From: the human T2T-CHM13v2.0 reference genome, Homo sapiens
Assembly: GCF_009914755.1 (NCBI RefSeq)
Contig: NC_060947.1
Length of the DNA stretch: 64,000 nt
Strand: one strand, 5' to 3'
Shown here: positions 47,820 to 61,413 of the stretch, in pieces
Layout of the letters: the number at the start of each line of letters is the position of its first letter
How positions within the stretch are numbered: the first letter of the stretch is position 1
Made by a program: the position numbers and the translations under genes
Notes under the pieces: generated by a model
What the model was told of the DNA's origin: nothing
The model's input: the letters and a program-made list of their open reading frames with translations, nothing else
Database searches by the model: none

Positions 47820-48394
47820 GCTGCTTGTCAGGATCTCAAAGCACAGTGCAAAACTAACTCTTCCAGGAGACTGAGGCTGGCAGGAAAGGAGGCTGTGAGC
47901 CTGTTCTTCATTCACATGCCCATTCATTCATTCATTCGTTCATTCAGTATTTAGTGCACGCTCATTAATACAGTGGGCACTGCGTATGTCCGAGGCTCTA
48001 ACTGGAGCAAACAGGTGGGCTCACCAACTCTCTTCAATTGAAAAGTATATTGAGGTGGAGGGGACCATCTTACTTCCTGTGTCAACCTCCACTGGAGGAA
48101 AAGGAGTTGACATGCCCAAAGGAATGGAATCGGGGGGTCTCTGTGTGTCGAGGGGTACAGGGAGAATACTTGCTTTCTGTAGCCTCCTGTTTTTCACCTA
48201 TCCCCTGCTTAAGCCTTCAGGAAACAGATCTTTGTGTGGTCTGGATCACCAAAGGCTTGGCCAGACATGCTAGAAGTTTCCAGCAGCCACAGCTAAGTGA
48301 AGTTAGAACAGGCTACGTTGGGAAGCAATGAGCTCCCCATCACTGGAGATGTACAAGCAGAGGCAAAAAATCCTGCTCAGTGAGGGCCATGTAG

Positions 48395-48650
48395 AGCCCG
48401 CAGAGCACAATGATTCAGAGCTCAGATTCTGGAGCCAGATAGCCAGTCTTCAAATCTTGGCTCAGTTTACCAGCTGTGTGACTTTGGGCAATTCACTTAA
48501 TCATACTGAGCCTTGATTTCCTCATTTGTAAATGGGAATGATAAGAGTTTCTTCCTCATGGGCTTGTTGTGGGGATGAAATGCGTATAATATATAAAGCA
48601 CTTAGAACAGTACCTAACATATAATTGCTCAAGAAATGGTAGCTTGTATT
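48395..48650 (+). mobile_element. MIR
   Basis: ctggagccaga...agctgtgtgactttgggcaattcacttaa...catttgtaaatgggaatgata...aaagcacttagaacagt. Confidence 0.75.
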
Positions 48651-51600
48651 ATCCCTTGATGGCCCAACTAAAGTCCCTGACAAGCTTGGGATTCTATATG
48701 ACTATGGGTCACTAATCTTCCTGCACACGGAAAATCAGAAAGGGACTCTGGCAAGGGTAAGATTCTGTGCTGACCAGAGAGCTGGCTGAGGGTAGCACCT
48801 CTGAGCTTTGAGCTCATCACCACTTGCGTGCTTCCAGCAATAGTTTTCCTTTCCAAGTACTTTTGGATCCATGTCTCAATTGGGCCTAAAGACAACAGCA
48901 AAGGGCACAGTTACCATCCCCTGTGATAGATAATGGGAAGTAAAGCTAAGAGCGGGAGAGTGGCTCACCTACCAAGTGGCACAACTGGGATGGAAGCTTT
49001 CTCTCTGTCACACCACCTCACAGTCCCCAGGGCCGCCATAAGGGGAGGACAGCAGTTGGGAAGGAGCAAGTCATGGGCTGGGCGGAGGAGGAGCCCAGCA
49101 TGACAATAACCTATGAAAATCAGCTTTCCACTGTCTGCACTTCTGCAAGGAGGAGTTGAGGCCAAAGCCAGGGAGCAGAAGGGGGTATTTCCTAGAAATG
49201 CGGCGGGAGTGGCTGGTGTGCTCCACCCATGGGCAAAGGACAAGGCTCGGCCTGCGTGTGAGCACTCACTTGGAGCTGAACTTGGAGCCTCCAGAGCTCC
49301 CATCCCTCTGAGCTCACTCAGAAAGCTTTCCCTTTGGGCAAAGTCCAAGGGGGTCATTCAACTGTGATCTGACACTTCTGCTTTCAACTTAATAGCTCAA
49401 GTATTTAACGGATGGCTCATGGCCTCACCAAGGGATTTTGCTTGCCGAGACTAGCAAGGTGGGCTAGTGTTTTCATGCCATTTGGAGGAGCAATGAGAAA
49501 GGATTGTTTAAAAAAAAAAAAAACTTTGCCTGAGAACAAGAGTAACGCCCTAACTCATGGCCTCATGAAGCTCCAGGTTAAAATGCACACGTTACCTGGG
49601 AGTATGGGAATTGGACAGGGGCAATAGTGAAAAATCTTTAATAGCCAGCAAGGTCTGGACACCAACTGATTAGAATGTTTGCTGGCCAGAAACACGCTAT
49701 AGGGATGCACCAGCCCAGATAGAGGAAAACAGCAGCCCTGGATGTGGGCCTTGGCAGGGGCCGGGTGAAGGGAGGGTTTGCTCCCTGAGAGGTCCCATGA
49801 GCACACGCAGGAATCAGATCTGCCTATGGCCACCAGAAGGTATGAGATTTCCCACAGCAGCTGGTGGTGGGGGGGTGGGCAGGGTTGGTGTATCTGGTAG
49901 GGGGAAAACTGGTGGGAACATGGGGTTCACTGAGGGAAGAGCTCCTTGGGACAGCTCGAGGGCCAGACAGCCTAGGACAGTCCTGTAAGGATGCAAATGG
50001 GGCCTGGCCTGGCCTTGGAGACCCAGATGCTGCCCTCTGCCCTCACAGACTTCACCCCTGGTGCCTCTGGGTGGCAACTTCTCTCCCTCTCTCAGTGAAC
50101 ATGCATACGGACTATAATATGCTACACAGCGTGGAGCAAATATGCATACCCATTCGGTGTTCACACAAGCACATGCATGGAGCCCACGTATGCCCATGAC
50201 CTGTAGAGGCATCCTCTCAAGTCAGTGGGGCACACCCACAAAATTGTTCAGACTCAGAATCTTGGAGCAGAAGCAATTTTAGAGCTGCCCCCATTAAAAA
50301 AGTCGTCTTTGATGAACGCCAGTCAGCCACTCCTCTACACACACTTTGGCGTTTGCTCGTTCTCACACCTCCTGCAGAACAGGAAAGAGGAGATGACCTC
50401 GGGAACTTTCTTAAAATGGCCTGTGCCTAGACTTGACGCAAGCCTGAAGAAGTCCCTGCAGTTCCAGGACTCAGCCAGCAGGGGGCAGCCTCTCATGACA
50501 CACTGGGTTTCCCCCAAAGAATAAGCAGGCTTGGAGAAGAAAGAGAGGCCGACTGCAAAGAAAGGGAAACATATAAGAAGTTTCCAGAGTGTCCGGCCAT
50601 CAAGCTGACCCAGATGCATGTAGCCAGCCACTCCTGTGGGTGAGGAATTCTCAGCCCCTCATATTCAGCTGGTGAATTGATAGAGTCTGGGGCAAGTTAT
50701 CAGAAGAGGATGTCTTAGTGACCATAGTACATCCTGCTTGCCCAGCCTAGAGCCACAGAGGGAATCAGCCAGCACACAGGAGTTCAGTGGAATCTCTCAT
50801 TCTGCAAGTCACAGCCTCTCTCAGGGCCTGCTTCGTTGTCTGTGAAATGGGTTTAACAATAAATCACATCTGCTTCCTCCCACCTTGGTGCTTTGGACAC
50901 AAGCCCTGTGCTCCCTCTGCTGAGACCTCCTTTCTCCAGCTTAACCCCTACTCACTCCTGAGGTGTCAGCTCCCACTTCACCTCCAGGAAGCTTTCTCTG
51001 ACCCCAGATCGTGCACTCAGTGATAAACTTCCTAGAGGCCTGTTTTTCGCCTCCAGGGCCCTTGCCACAGTTCCTGGTTAGACATTCGGTTGTGATTTTT
51101 GAATAACATCTGTTTCCCTCTCCAGGTATTAAGGAATGTGGTACAAAGTAGGCCCTCAATAAACATTCAGCGAATGCTGAGAAATGAATTCCCATAGCTC
51201 TTTTACAGATCAAAAAGCACTTTCACATGCAAACAGGGTGGTCTTCATGGTACCCGCTGAGAACGATGGGGTTTTTTCCCCGTTACACACACAGCACTCT
51301 CTACTGTACCAAACATTTTAACTTCAGAAACTTCAGTCACTAGAAGCCCGAGAGGGAGCCAGGGATTCTTACTTCCATTTTAGAAAAGGTAAAGCTGAGG
51401 CCTAGAAAGGTGAAGTGACTGACCCAGGCTTGGAACTTGGAGGAGTCAGGATGTTTAAGTCTCCGCATCCCATGCTGGAAGGTATGATCATTACATTCCC
51501 TCATTATCACTGTCAGCATCGTCACCTCCATTGTGGCTATGGCCATGCCTAGTCTGGTGAGGAGGTGTACAGTTGGCGAGCACAAAGGCTTTTGAAGGTG

Positions 51601-52083
51601 GCGGGCAGAAGTCTGGGTTCCAATTCTGGCCTCACCTGCAGGTGACCATCGGGGCTAGGAGAGCATCCAGGGAGGATTCATGGGGGAGGGGAGCCTTGGC
51701 TGGCAGTTGGAGGACCCGGAGAATTGGAGGAAGGTGGAGAACCTGGGAAGGGAAGTCTGGGGAAACTAGAAGAGCACTGGAAATGGGTTTTGGGTGACTT
51801 AGGCTGAGGCTTTCCCTGCTTCTGCTTCCTAAAAGATGGGTATGAAGCTCCCTCCCTCGCAGGTCCTGCTGAGGCCGGTGCGCAGGCTCAGGGCCAGGAG
51901 AACATCCCTGGGGTTGCGGGGGAGTGGTACAGAGGGCGCTGTGGCTACAACAGCTAATGAGGGATGTCACACCCTCACCACACACCTTTCGCTGGTGCCT
52001 CCCAGAGGAAAGGTGAGGACCAAGTCTTTCTCCACTGTTCCTCCTCCACTGTCCCTTGCATGGTGTCCTGCACAGAGTAGGCG

Positions 52084-52391
52084 TTTTTTTTTTTTCTTTT
52101 GCTGTTGTTTGTTTTGCTTGTTTGTTTGAGATGGAGTCTTGCTCTGTCGTCCAGGCTGGAGTGTAGTGGTGCAACCTCCGCCTCCCAGGTTCAACGGATT
52201 CTCCCGCCTCAGCCTCCTGAGTAGCTGGGACTACAGGTGCCCACCACCACACGCAGCTAATTTTTGTATTTTGTAGAGACGGGTTTTTGCCATGTTGGCC
52301 AGGATAGTCTCGAACTCCTGACCTCAGATGATCCACCCACTTCGGCCTCCCAAACTGCTGGGATTACAGGCATGAGCCACCACGCCTGGCC
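52084..52391 (-). mobile_element. Alu (AluS-like, small deletion)
   Basis: Dimer with a T/TTG tail. TSD-like gtaggc(g/a)ttttt. Confidence 0.9.
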
Positions 52392-54335
52392 AAGGGTAGG
52401 CATTTTTTAGCTGATTGTTTTGGGGTAGGGGTAGGCCAAAGAGCTCTTTATAGGCTTGGGTTCTAAAAGTTTGGGCATAGATTGAGAGAAGGGGAGCTCC
52501 TTTTGAAACTTACACAAGGCATGGGACCTAAAACTTGACAGGCAATTTGGGAGTGGGAATGGGGGTGGGGCAGGCTGTGGAGCTGAGCTAGAGGGTAGCC
52601 CAGAGTAGAGGGAAGGATGAAAGAGGATAATCAGATCAGAAGGTCTCTGCAGTGCTGGAGGTGGAAGGGGCTGTGTGGTGAGATTCCCTCCTCCATCCCC
52701 CTGCACTCCTCACTGGGACCTTTTTCCTCCCTGCTTTGTTTATCCTCTCTTATCTTTCCATATCCCTCACATCTGAGGAGTTGGGAATTTCCAAAGGAGA
52801 GAGGAACTCCAGGCTTCCAGAAAGCTCAGGAGCCTAGAGACATGGGGGATGAAACCCCCCATAACGTATGCCAAAGTCACCAGCCTCTATCCCTACACCT
52901 GCTGGGGAGGGAGCCAGAGATGTCTCTGCCTAGATGGAAAAAGAGGCACCCTCTTTCCAACAGGCCTCTCACAGCCCCCAAATCACAAGCAGTTCTGTTG
53001 CCCTGGGACTGAGGGTGCCAAAGCGAAGCCCCTCCCCTACAGACGAGAGGTGACTGCAGCCCTGGAGGGAATGCTTGGCATTTCAGCAGTGCCTTTGCCT
53101 TCCTTTAAAGCAATGCCACCTTGTTTCTCTCAGTTCGTTTGCACATACCACAGAAGATCTTTAGACTAATGGCTTACCTTCTCAGTGACTCAGTTTCCTC
53201 AGCTATAAAATGGGATTGTGATGGGGACTGACTAAGTCAGGACAGGTGAAGTTCCTCAAACAGTGCTTGGCACATGAGAAGCGCTCTACATGAGTTTGCT
53301 AGGACTATCTAGCTATGTTCCTTAAGCGTTCACTTATCCTTTCTGAGTCCCACTTTCTTCATTTGTAAAAATAACAGGGCTTAGGGTACTGAATGATCTC
53401 TCAGGCTCATGTCAGCTCTGCCCTTCTATGATTCTGTGTGTTTAAGGTAGGGAAAGCAGAGATTGTCATCCTATGAAAATAGATGAGGGAGAACCAGGAC
53501 CCCTGATAGATGAACAGACCTGCCTGGAGTCACACAGCCAGTTACTGACCAAGCTGGGGTTAGGATCCAGAGCTCAGAACCCCAAGTTTCACACCACCAG
53601 GCTAGCTCTGCAGCAGTGTGCCAATTTTTTAACATTCAGGGAAGATCAGAAAGCATTTAATTTGTGCAAAGGGAGAAGTATGGAATGGAGGTTCCAGCAG
53701 GCCCTGGGGTTATGGGAAGCTTGTGCAACCCACGTAACCCAGCAGTGGACTTCCTCACTGGCTTAGGTTCCCATTTTCCTGCCATATGCCTAATTCTTCT
53801 CCCAGAGCTCCTCCCTACAGGTCCCTGGGTCAGGTCCTGAATTGCCTCTGGAGGGCAGCCTGAATCACCCCCCACTGTTAGCTGGGACCCCAACAAATCC
53901 CTAGTCACAAGCAGGTGCTTCACATCTACCCACCCAGGTGTCCTGGGCAGGTGAGGAGGCTGAGACCCAGAAAGGGCCAAGGAAAGACTTTGCTAAGCTA
54001 CCCAGCAAGCCCTGGGTAGAAGCAGATTCAGGACTGGAACCCACGTTTCTGAGCCCCTGGCCTTGTGCAGAAAGGAACCCCAATGGCCAAGCAGGTGTGC
54101 TGGAACAGGTGCCTGGCTCCACAATTCCAGACAGATCAGGTGCTAATGGTGAGCACTTAACACCTTTGGAGAGGCCTCCTGGGCTGCTGCCCAAGCTAAG
54201 CTTCTACAAGGAAAAATGCCGAGGACGTAATCTGTCCCTGGGGAGGCCCTAAAGGTTATCTGGGAGACCGGAAATTTCTAGTGACTGAGGCACACTCATG
54301 GTGGGAAAGAGGACCCTTAGCAGAAGCAGGGAAGC

Positions 54336-54696
54336 TATCATAGTTTGTTTTCTGTAGCCACAGACTGGGTAACTTATAAAAAAAATAGTTTATTTAGCTC
54401 ACAGCTCTGGAGGCTGGGAAGTCCAAGGGCATGGCACTGGCGTCTGGTGAGGGACTTTTTGCTAAATCATGACGTGGTAGAATGGCATCACATGGCAAGA
54501 GGGCAAGAGTGTGCCAGCTCAGGTCTCTCTTCCTCTTCTTATAAAGCCACCAGTTCCATCATAGGGGCACAACCCTGATGACCTTATTTAATTTTAATTA
54601 CCTACCAAAGGCACCACCTCCAAATACCATCAACATATGAATTTAGGGATTAAATTTCCAAAACATGAAGTTGAAGGATGCATTCAAACCATAGCA
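54336..54696 (-). mobile_element. MaLR solo LTR (MSTD/MLT1A-like)
   Basis: cacagactgggtaacttataa...ggaggctgggaagtccaag...ctcttcttataaagccacc...cattcaaaccatagca. Confidence 0.8.
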
Positions 54697-55267
54697 GCAG
54701 CTGACCTGAGCCGGGGACAGACCCAGGTTTGAAGCTCTACTCACCCATGAGTGGCTCTATGAATTTGAACAAGTGACCTCACCTCCATGAGCCTGATTTT
54801 TCATCTATAAATTGGGGTAATGATGGCTGCCCTGTCCAGTTCTCAGGGCTAGAATGAGGCTTAACAGAGATAATAATAGCTCCCACTTGGTAGGCTTGTA
54901 ACATGGGCCGGGCACTGTGCCAAACACTTTCCCTGCATCATCGCGGTCAATCCTGACCACAGTGCTATAAATTGGGCAGCAGCATCCTGCCTAAAGCAGA
55001 AACATGGGCTCATCCAGATCAAGACCCTTGCTGCAAGGTCACACAGGTGAGTAAATGGTAGTGCCAGGATTTGAACCCTGATCTGACTCCAGACTTCCCC
55101 TTCCACTGGAATCACTTTGTTAGTATGATTATTATCAGAGGCCATCTCATAACCAGTGTATTAAATCACTTAATTCTACACCTTGCTGCAGAATGTAAGT
55201 CTTCCCCTTGGACTCCAGGCAAGGGTTCAGGGGCTGAGTTGAAGGGCTTGCTGATGCTTCATTTGAG

Positions 55268-55530
55268 ACAGGGCTGGGAAGCCACCTGCTTTTATAAAGA
55301 TTTTTTTGGAACACAGTCATGTCCACTGGTGTATGTATTGTGTATGGCTGCTTTTGCATGTGCCAAAAACTTTACCTGCATCATCACAGTCAATCCTGAT
55401 CACAGTGCTAAAAAGTAGGCAGCAGCATCAAACTCAAAGAGGTTTGAGTTGAGATAGAGACCATATGGCTCAAAAAGTCAAGAAAACTATCTGGCTCTTT
55501 ACAGAAAAAGTCTGTTGGCGGCTGATTTGA
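55268..55530. mobile_element. MER58A-like element carrying a 71-bp templated insertion
   Basis: tttggaacacagtcatg...tatggctgcttttgca [insert] ...gagaccatatggc...ctatctggctctttacagaaaaagt. Confidence 0.7.
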
Positions 55531-56645
55531 AACATTCAAGGAAGTGTCCTGGATGCGGCTTGGGCCTTTGGCTGAAGTCCAAGACAGCGGCAAGGGGAGT
55601 CCCTTGCTGGGCTCCTTCTCTGAGCACTGGCCACTGCATAGGAAAAGCTGGATTTTCAAAGGAGTCCTAGAGAAGAAGCCTTCCTTTCAAGAGTTACCAA
55701 GAAATGCTGGCTGAGTCAGCGGCCCTTCTCAAGCCAGGAGAGGAAGATACTGAGTAAATCTCTGCCATCTCCTTTGGCAGTTAGCTGGCACAGGCACACT
55801 CTGGTCAGAAAGAAACTTTGGATTGAGAAATTTCAGTTGAGTAACCTTTAGGCTTGGAGAATCGAATTCTATAAGGACTTCAGAATGGCTGCTCAGGCCA
55901 GGCCTCATGGTTCCCTCAATACGGAGGAGCCCAGCCCCTACAGGGGGTACCAAGCCAGCTAGGCCTACAGAAGAGTCTGAAATGTTAGATTTCTAAGCAG
56001 TTATGGCTCATTTTACACCACACCTGGGGTCCTGAAAAGCTGTGTGTGGTCTGAGTCTGTTTGCCTCCCTAATCTCTGTCATTTCAGAGGCTGCCTAATT
56101 CCGGATGGATTTGAAAGAGTGTTGGTTTTCAGATTCTCTGCCCCCACTCGTCAACCTCTCAGTTCAGGACCTCCGGTCCAGAAACAATCAGTTAAGTGAA
56201 CTCCTATTTCTTTTCCTAAGCTCTGCATTTTGAAAAGCAATGCCCTACTCTGCTTCTGTTGTATTTATTTGGTCTAGATATCTCCAAAGGGTAGTAGCAA
56301 CGCATATCATATGTTCAGCCTTCTTTTGGTTTGAGGTCTAATTATCTTTACAGAAGCCACCAACTTTCTTTTCCTTATCCCCTGCCCCAAGGAGGTCACA
56401 CTTGGATCCACCCAATAGTATCCAGTTGACTACGTAGGTTCCATAGACCCTGGTGGCTGCTCCCCCTTCCTTGTCCCCGCCGTCTCTGCCCATCATCCTT
56501 TCACCAACTTAACCAAATGCTATTGTGCCTTCTAGGGCCTGTTTTTATCACTCAGCCTCTATTAGCTTTCCCTGATCCCACCAGTCCACACTGTGCCCTC
56601 TTGTACTATGAGTTTGTATTGTACTTACTAAGAATAACAAACATA

Positions 56646-56987
56646 GCTGGGCATGGTGGCTCATGCTTGTAATCCCAGCACTTTGGGAAGCCAAGGCAGG
56701 CGGATTACTTCGGGTCAGGAGCTCAAGACTAGCCTGGCTAACCTGGTGAAACCCTGTCTCTACTAAAAATAATAATAATAATAAAAATAAATAAATAAAT
56801 AAAAATACAAAAAATTACCCAGGCATGGTGATGGGTGCATGTAATCCCAGCTTCTTGGGAGGGTGAGGCAGGAGAAACATTTGAACCCAGGAGGTGGAGG
56901 TTGCAGTGAGCCGAGATTGCGCCACTACCTTCCCTCCAGCCTGGGAGACAGAGCAAGACTGTGTCTCGGAAAAAAAAAAAAAAAAAG
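56646..56987 (+). mobile_element. Alu with an expanded AAT/AAAT linker
   Basis: Dimer. TSD aagaata(a/t)caaa. Confidence 0.9.
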
Positions 56988-57295
56988 AATATCAAATTGT
57001 ACCTAATTCTTCTTTCTAGTTAGGGGACCTTCTGTAGTACTGTAGAAAGAGTTTGCATTCTGGAATTTGAAGACCAGATTCTAGATTCACTTATCTAATT
57101 CACTGTACCCTTATGGGTCAGTATTAAGTTGTCCTGCCCCATGCCCCACTCCCTTCTCCTTGCTTTCACGTGAATTTAGAACTTTGGGGATGATTAGGCA
57201 GGTAACAGACTAATCAGCATAAAGCCAGTCCACCTGAAACCTCTGCTTAAAACCAGTTCCACCTGTTTGCCTAAAAGTCAAACTAGTAATTTTAA

Positions 57296-57650
<355 letters not shown>

Positions 57651-58150
57651 TAACATTGCATTTTTAAATCACTATCACAACTTGCAGCATTTTGTCAATA
57701 ATGAGATTGTTTTGTATGCTTGTGGGTGACTTTTTCTATTTTTCTCTCCTATTGATCATTTTTATGACTTTTTAGGGAGTTTGTTTGAAGACCCTTTCTT
57801 TAAAATTGTATATTTCTAGCACTAAATACTTGTCAAATCTATAGGATTTCCCACGAGATTTATCAAATGAACCCATTTTGATCCCTCCTCTCTGCTTCTC
57901 ACTGAGTTTTGCTCTGTACTGTGTATTCCTGTGTGCACCTAATGGGTTTATTAACCAAATTAGCATGTACCCAATGTTCCCTTCTGTTCTGCAAGATATT
58001 GGCATTTTGACAACAAACGTGAAGTGATGAGACAGATGGGGCAGAATTATATTGAACTCTTTGCATTTTATTTTTCAGGCTATCTCATTCATCAAGCAAC
58101 TCTACTTTGTGAAACATAAAATGATACAAACAAAGTCATTATCAAATGTA

Positions 58151-58156
58151 TTTATT
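58151..58156 (-). terminator. APLN distal polyadenylation signal AATAAA
   Basis: Plus strand tttatt. GU-rich ctttgtttgtatc lies downstream on the minus strand. Confidence 0.75.
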
Positions 58157-58987
58157 GCTGAAAACATAACATTTTTCAAGAAAGGCAAACTGGCTAAAAA
58201 GTCCTGAAAGTGTTCAAAAGTAGATAAAATAGCAGAAGACACCCACCAAGGATACAAAACAATTTTTAGTAGCGATCCTGCATTTAATCAGTATGTTCTT
58301 AAATAAACTGCTTTAAAAAAATTCTTCAAATGACACTGCCAAAAAAATTAGGACACCCAAACAGATGCCAGAAAACCTGTAAGTGGGCTGGATTTTATGT
58401 GACCTGGTCATTAAGCATAGGGATTCATTTTGTGAGCTCATGGCAAATCAGTTTGAGGCCAGTTGACCTAGAACCGATTTGGGATGCAGGCACTTACCTC
58501 CCTGCACGTGCAATATGTGGGCATGGGGACACCCATGACCCCCAGGGGAAAGGAATGCCCCTCCTGAACATGACCTCCAAGAGTAAGGGCGAACTGTCAG
58601 CTTTTAACTGTTTATTATAAAGACATATTTACACAGAACAATCTTTACAAACATTGAACACAGGGGAAGGGAACAATTTCTTAATGAACAGGGCCTTAAT
58701 ATCTTTGTATAAATTAGTATAAGAATCATAAACAACCACTTTAAATAAGGCAGCCCCCCTAGCCCACCCACTACCCTCTTCTGTTCCCTATCTCCCAGCT
58801 TTCTTAGCCATCCCCCACTTTCTCCCCTTCCCCACGGGGCTGGGCTTGGCTGCAGGTCATGGCAGGCCGATGAGGCAGGAGACACAGAAAGGAAGGGGGA
58901 AAGAAGGCCCAATCCCTGATGGGGGCGTCAGTGGCAGAAGAGACTTTCTGGGCACCGACCAGTCCCCACTCCAAGCATGAGCCTTTA

Positions 58988-59023
58988 AGCAGCAGCAGCA
59001 GCAGCAGCAGCGTTAGCAGCAGC
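58988..59023 (-). repeat. Interrupted CTG/CAG repeat in the APLN 3'UTR: (AGC)8 GTT (AGC)3 on +
   Basis: Seen directly. Reads as CUG repeats in the APLN mRNA. Confidence 0.9.
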
Positions 59024-61413
59024 ATAGGTAAAGGGGCTTGGGGGAGGTGGATAGGCAAACATTGGGGCTATTGTGGGACTTGGGGGGCCCTGACTCCCCC
59101 GTCCCCACACACACAAAGTTGGGCATCAGGCTCTTGTCTTCTCTTTCTCCCTCCTGGGAACCCTGCTCAAGCAAAAGGGGAGAAAGCCCCCTCCAAGGAA
59201 TGGCTGGTGATGGCCCCTCACGGAAGCTAGGGCCTCCCGGGGAGAGGGTGCTATTCCTGCTGCACTTCCTCCCATCTTTCTTTCCTTCCTTCTGTTCCTT
59301 TGCTTTCTTTTCTTCCCTCCTTCCTTCTGCCCTTCCCTTCCTTCTTCTCCCCTCTCCGCCTCCCCCAAAGGAAAAGCCCTGGAAGGAAGGTCCGGTCAAC
59401 ACGAAGGGAAGGCCATGGAGTCCAGTGATTGAAGGCTACCTCGGACTCCTGAAAACCACCCTGGGGTTGAGCGGTAGTCTCAGTGCCTGAGCCGCCCCTA
59501 TTAGAGTACCCTGGGTCTGGGAATGCTGCCAGTTATGGGGGCAGCTGGCCAGTTATGGAACCTTCCAGCCCAGCTGGGGGAATGGTGCAGCAGGGGTAGG
59601 TCAGGGAGGTGGGAGCAGCTCCAGCCCCACAACAGGACAGTTCACAGCCAGCTTGCCTCTCCCTTCCCTTCCCCTCCCAGCCACCCCCAGCCCCAGCCTC
59701 GGGAAAAGGCACTTCATTTGCTTTGAAAAGACATCATCAAGAGGGAAGAGGGCGTCATAAAGTAGGAGATGGGAGACCTGGTCCCCATCCCGGCTCTGCA
59801 ATGACTCTGAGCAGGTCACTCCCCTCTCCAGGCTTCTGTTTTGCAGGCGTTTGCCTAAGAAGGCTAAGTGACCTTCAAGGGTCCTGTCAGCTCTAACATT
59901 CTGTGATTCTTGGCAAAAACAACCTCTTGCTTGGCTTTTACTCCTGGGAGGGTATATAGCCATGTCAGGCCCAGCACCCTCCCCTCCTGACCTGGAGCTT
60001 GGGCTAGCTGGGGATGGGGTGTGGGGGCAGGAAGAAGGGAGTATTGGGAGGCACACTAAGGCAAGAGAAGTGACAAAGGACTTCACGGGCCCCTCTCTAC
60101 CTCTCCCTTAACTGAGCAAACGCTGATGCTCCACCCACTTCACCAGAGCTCCTGAAAACCACCCTGGCACTTCCATGCCCCCAATGTGCCCTGTCTGGAT
60201 CCCCGCAGCCAGCACCTCTTAACTAGAGTCTCTCCTTGCTTTTCTCTGCATTCTTCCCTGGAGGCCAGGTGAGGGGTCCAACTGACAGGAAAACAAGGGA
60301 TCTGCTGGAGCCCACAGAAGGGAGCACTTCCACCCCGCGCTCAGGGCAGACATGAGGAAGGAAGGCCCAAATGAAGGTTTGGGGCGTTAGATGAGACAGG
60401 CAGGGACTAGGGCGGAGGGGACCTGGAGAAGAAGGGAGGCTTTCTGGGGCTAGGTCTCCAAAGTCAGTCCAGGGAGGGGCCAGGAAGATGGACTGGACGG
60501 ATTCTTGTGAGAGAACGGGAATCATCCAAACTACAGCCAGGAGCACGCCACTGGGGGAAGCAGGCAGGTGAGAAGAGCTGGGCCCACTGGTGGCTACAGC
60601 AGGTGCGAGGTGAGAGCTGAATGGACGTGAGGCCTCCAGAGAAGCAGACCAATCTATGGAGGAGACATAACCGCCGGGGGTGGGCACTTGGGGGCCCCTT
60701 CAGTCCTAAGGAGACAAAAATGACAAGAGAGAAGTCATGGACATATCCTAGGCCAAAGGAACTCCCCAGGAAAGGAGAGGAGAGAGGAGACCGCCTTCTC
60801 TTTCCCCCAAACTCCACTCAGCCCAAACCTCAATCCCAAGGCCCCTGAGTTGGTGCCTGCCTGTCCCCACTGCAGTGGGACAGCCAGCAGACCAGGGAAG
60901 GGGCAGGCTTCAGCTCTCCTCTCTCTGCTGCCACCTTGGTTCTTCCCTCCTTCTCACAGCTCCGGGCAACCACAGCCACAACTGTCCTCTTGTTCTCTGC
61001 CTGAGAGCCCCTAGAGCTCTCTGCCTCCTTCCCCAACTCTGGCGACAATCTACACTGGACATCTGTAGGTTTGCCCTGGGCACCCCTCCCCAGCCATTAA
61101 GGTCCACCAGGATGTCTAGAAATCTCTAAGCAGGCCAGCCTCCCCAACCCCAGGCAGCAGGGTGGAAGGGAGACTGGCCCCAAGTATCAAGCCCCTCTCT
61201 AGGCCTCAGACGAGGAGATCGTCTGTAAAATAAAGGGGCTAGACAGCTGCCCCATAAGCTCTCTTGCCAGCTCTAAGCCTCTGTGAGTGTGGCGCCAGGA
61301 CTGTTTGATGGATGTGTCTGGCCAGTGATGAGCGGCAGGATCACCCGGCTTCTAGGCTGTCCTTCTCCCTCCGCTTTAGCACTGTCCACTGAACAGAGGC
61401 TCAAGTACCTGCT

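Larger units (their letters stand above)
58135..60705 (-). other. APLN: APLN terminal exon (entirely 3'UTR; 3' end approximate)
   Basis: Minus-strand acceptor ttttgtctccttAG|GACTGAAGG (AG at 60707-60706). Runs to the AATAAA at 58156-58151. Confidence 0.8.

Noticed and set aside
50471-50490. CTCF-like CCAGCAGAGGGGCAGC
   Set aside because: An extra G breaks the GGC register, so the match is too weak without data.
51632-52336. 234-aa ORF, the longest in the track
   Set aside because: It starts within an Alu and continues in GC-rich sequence with no protein-like features.
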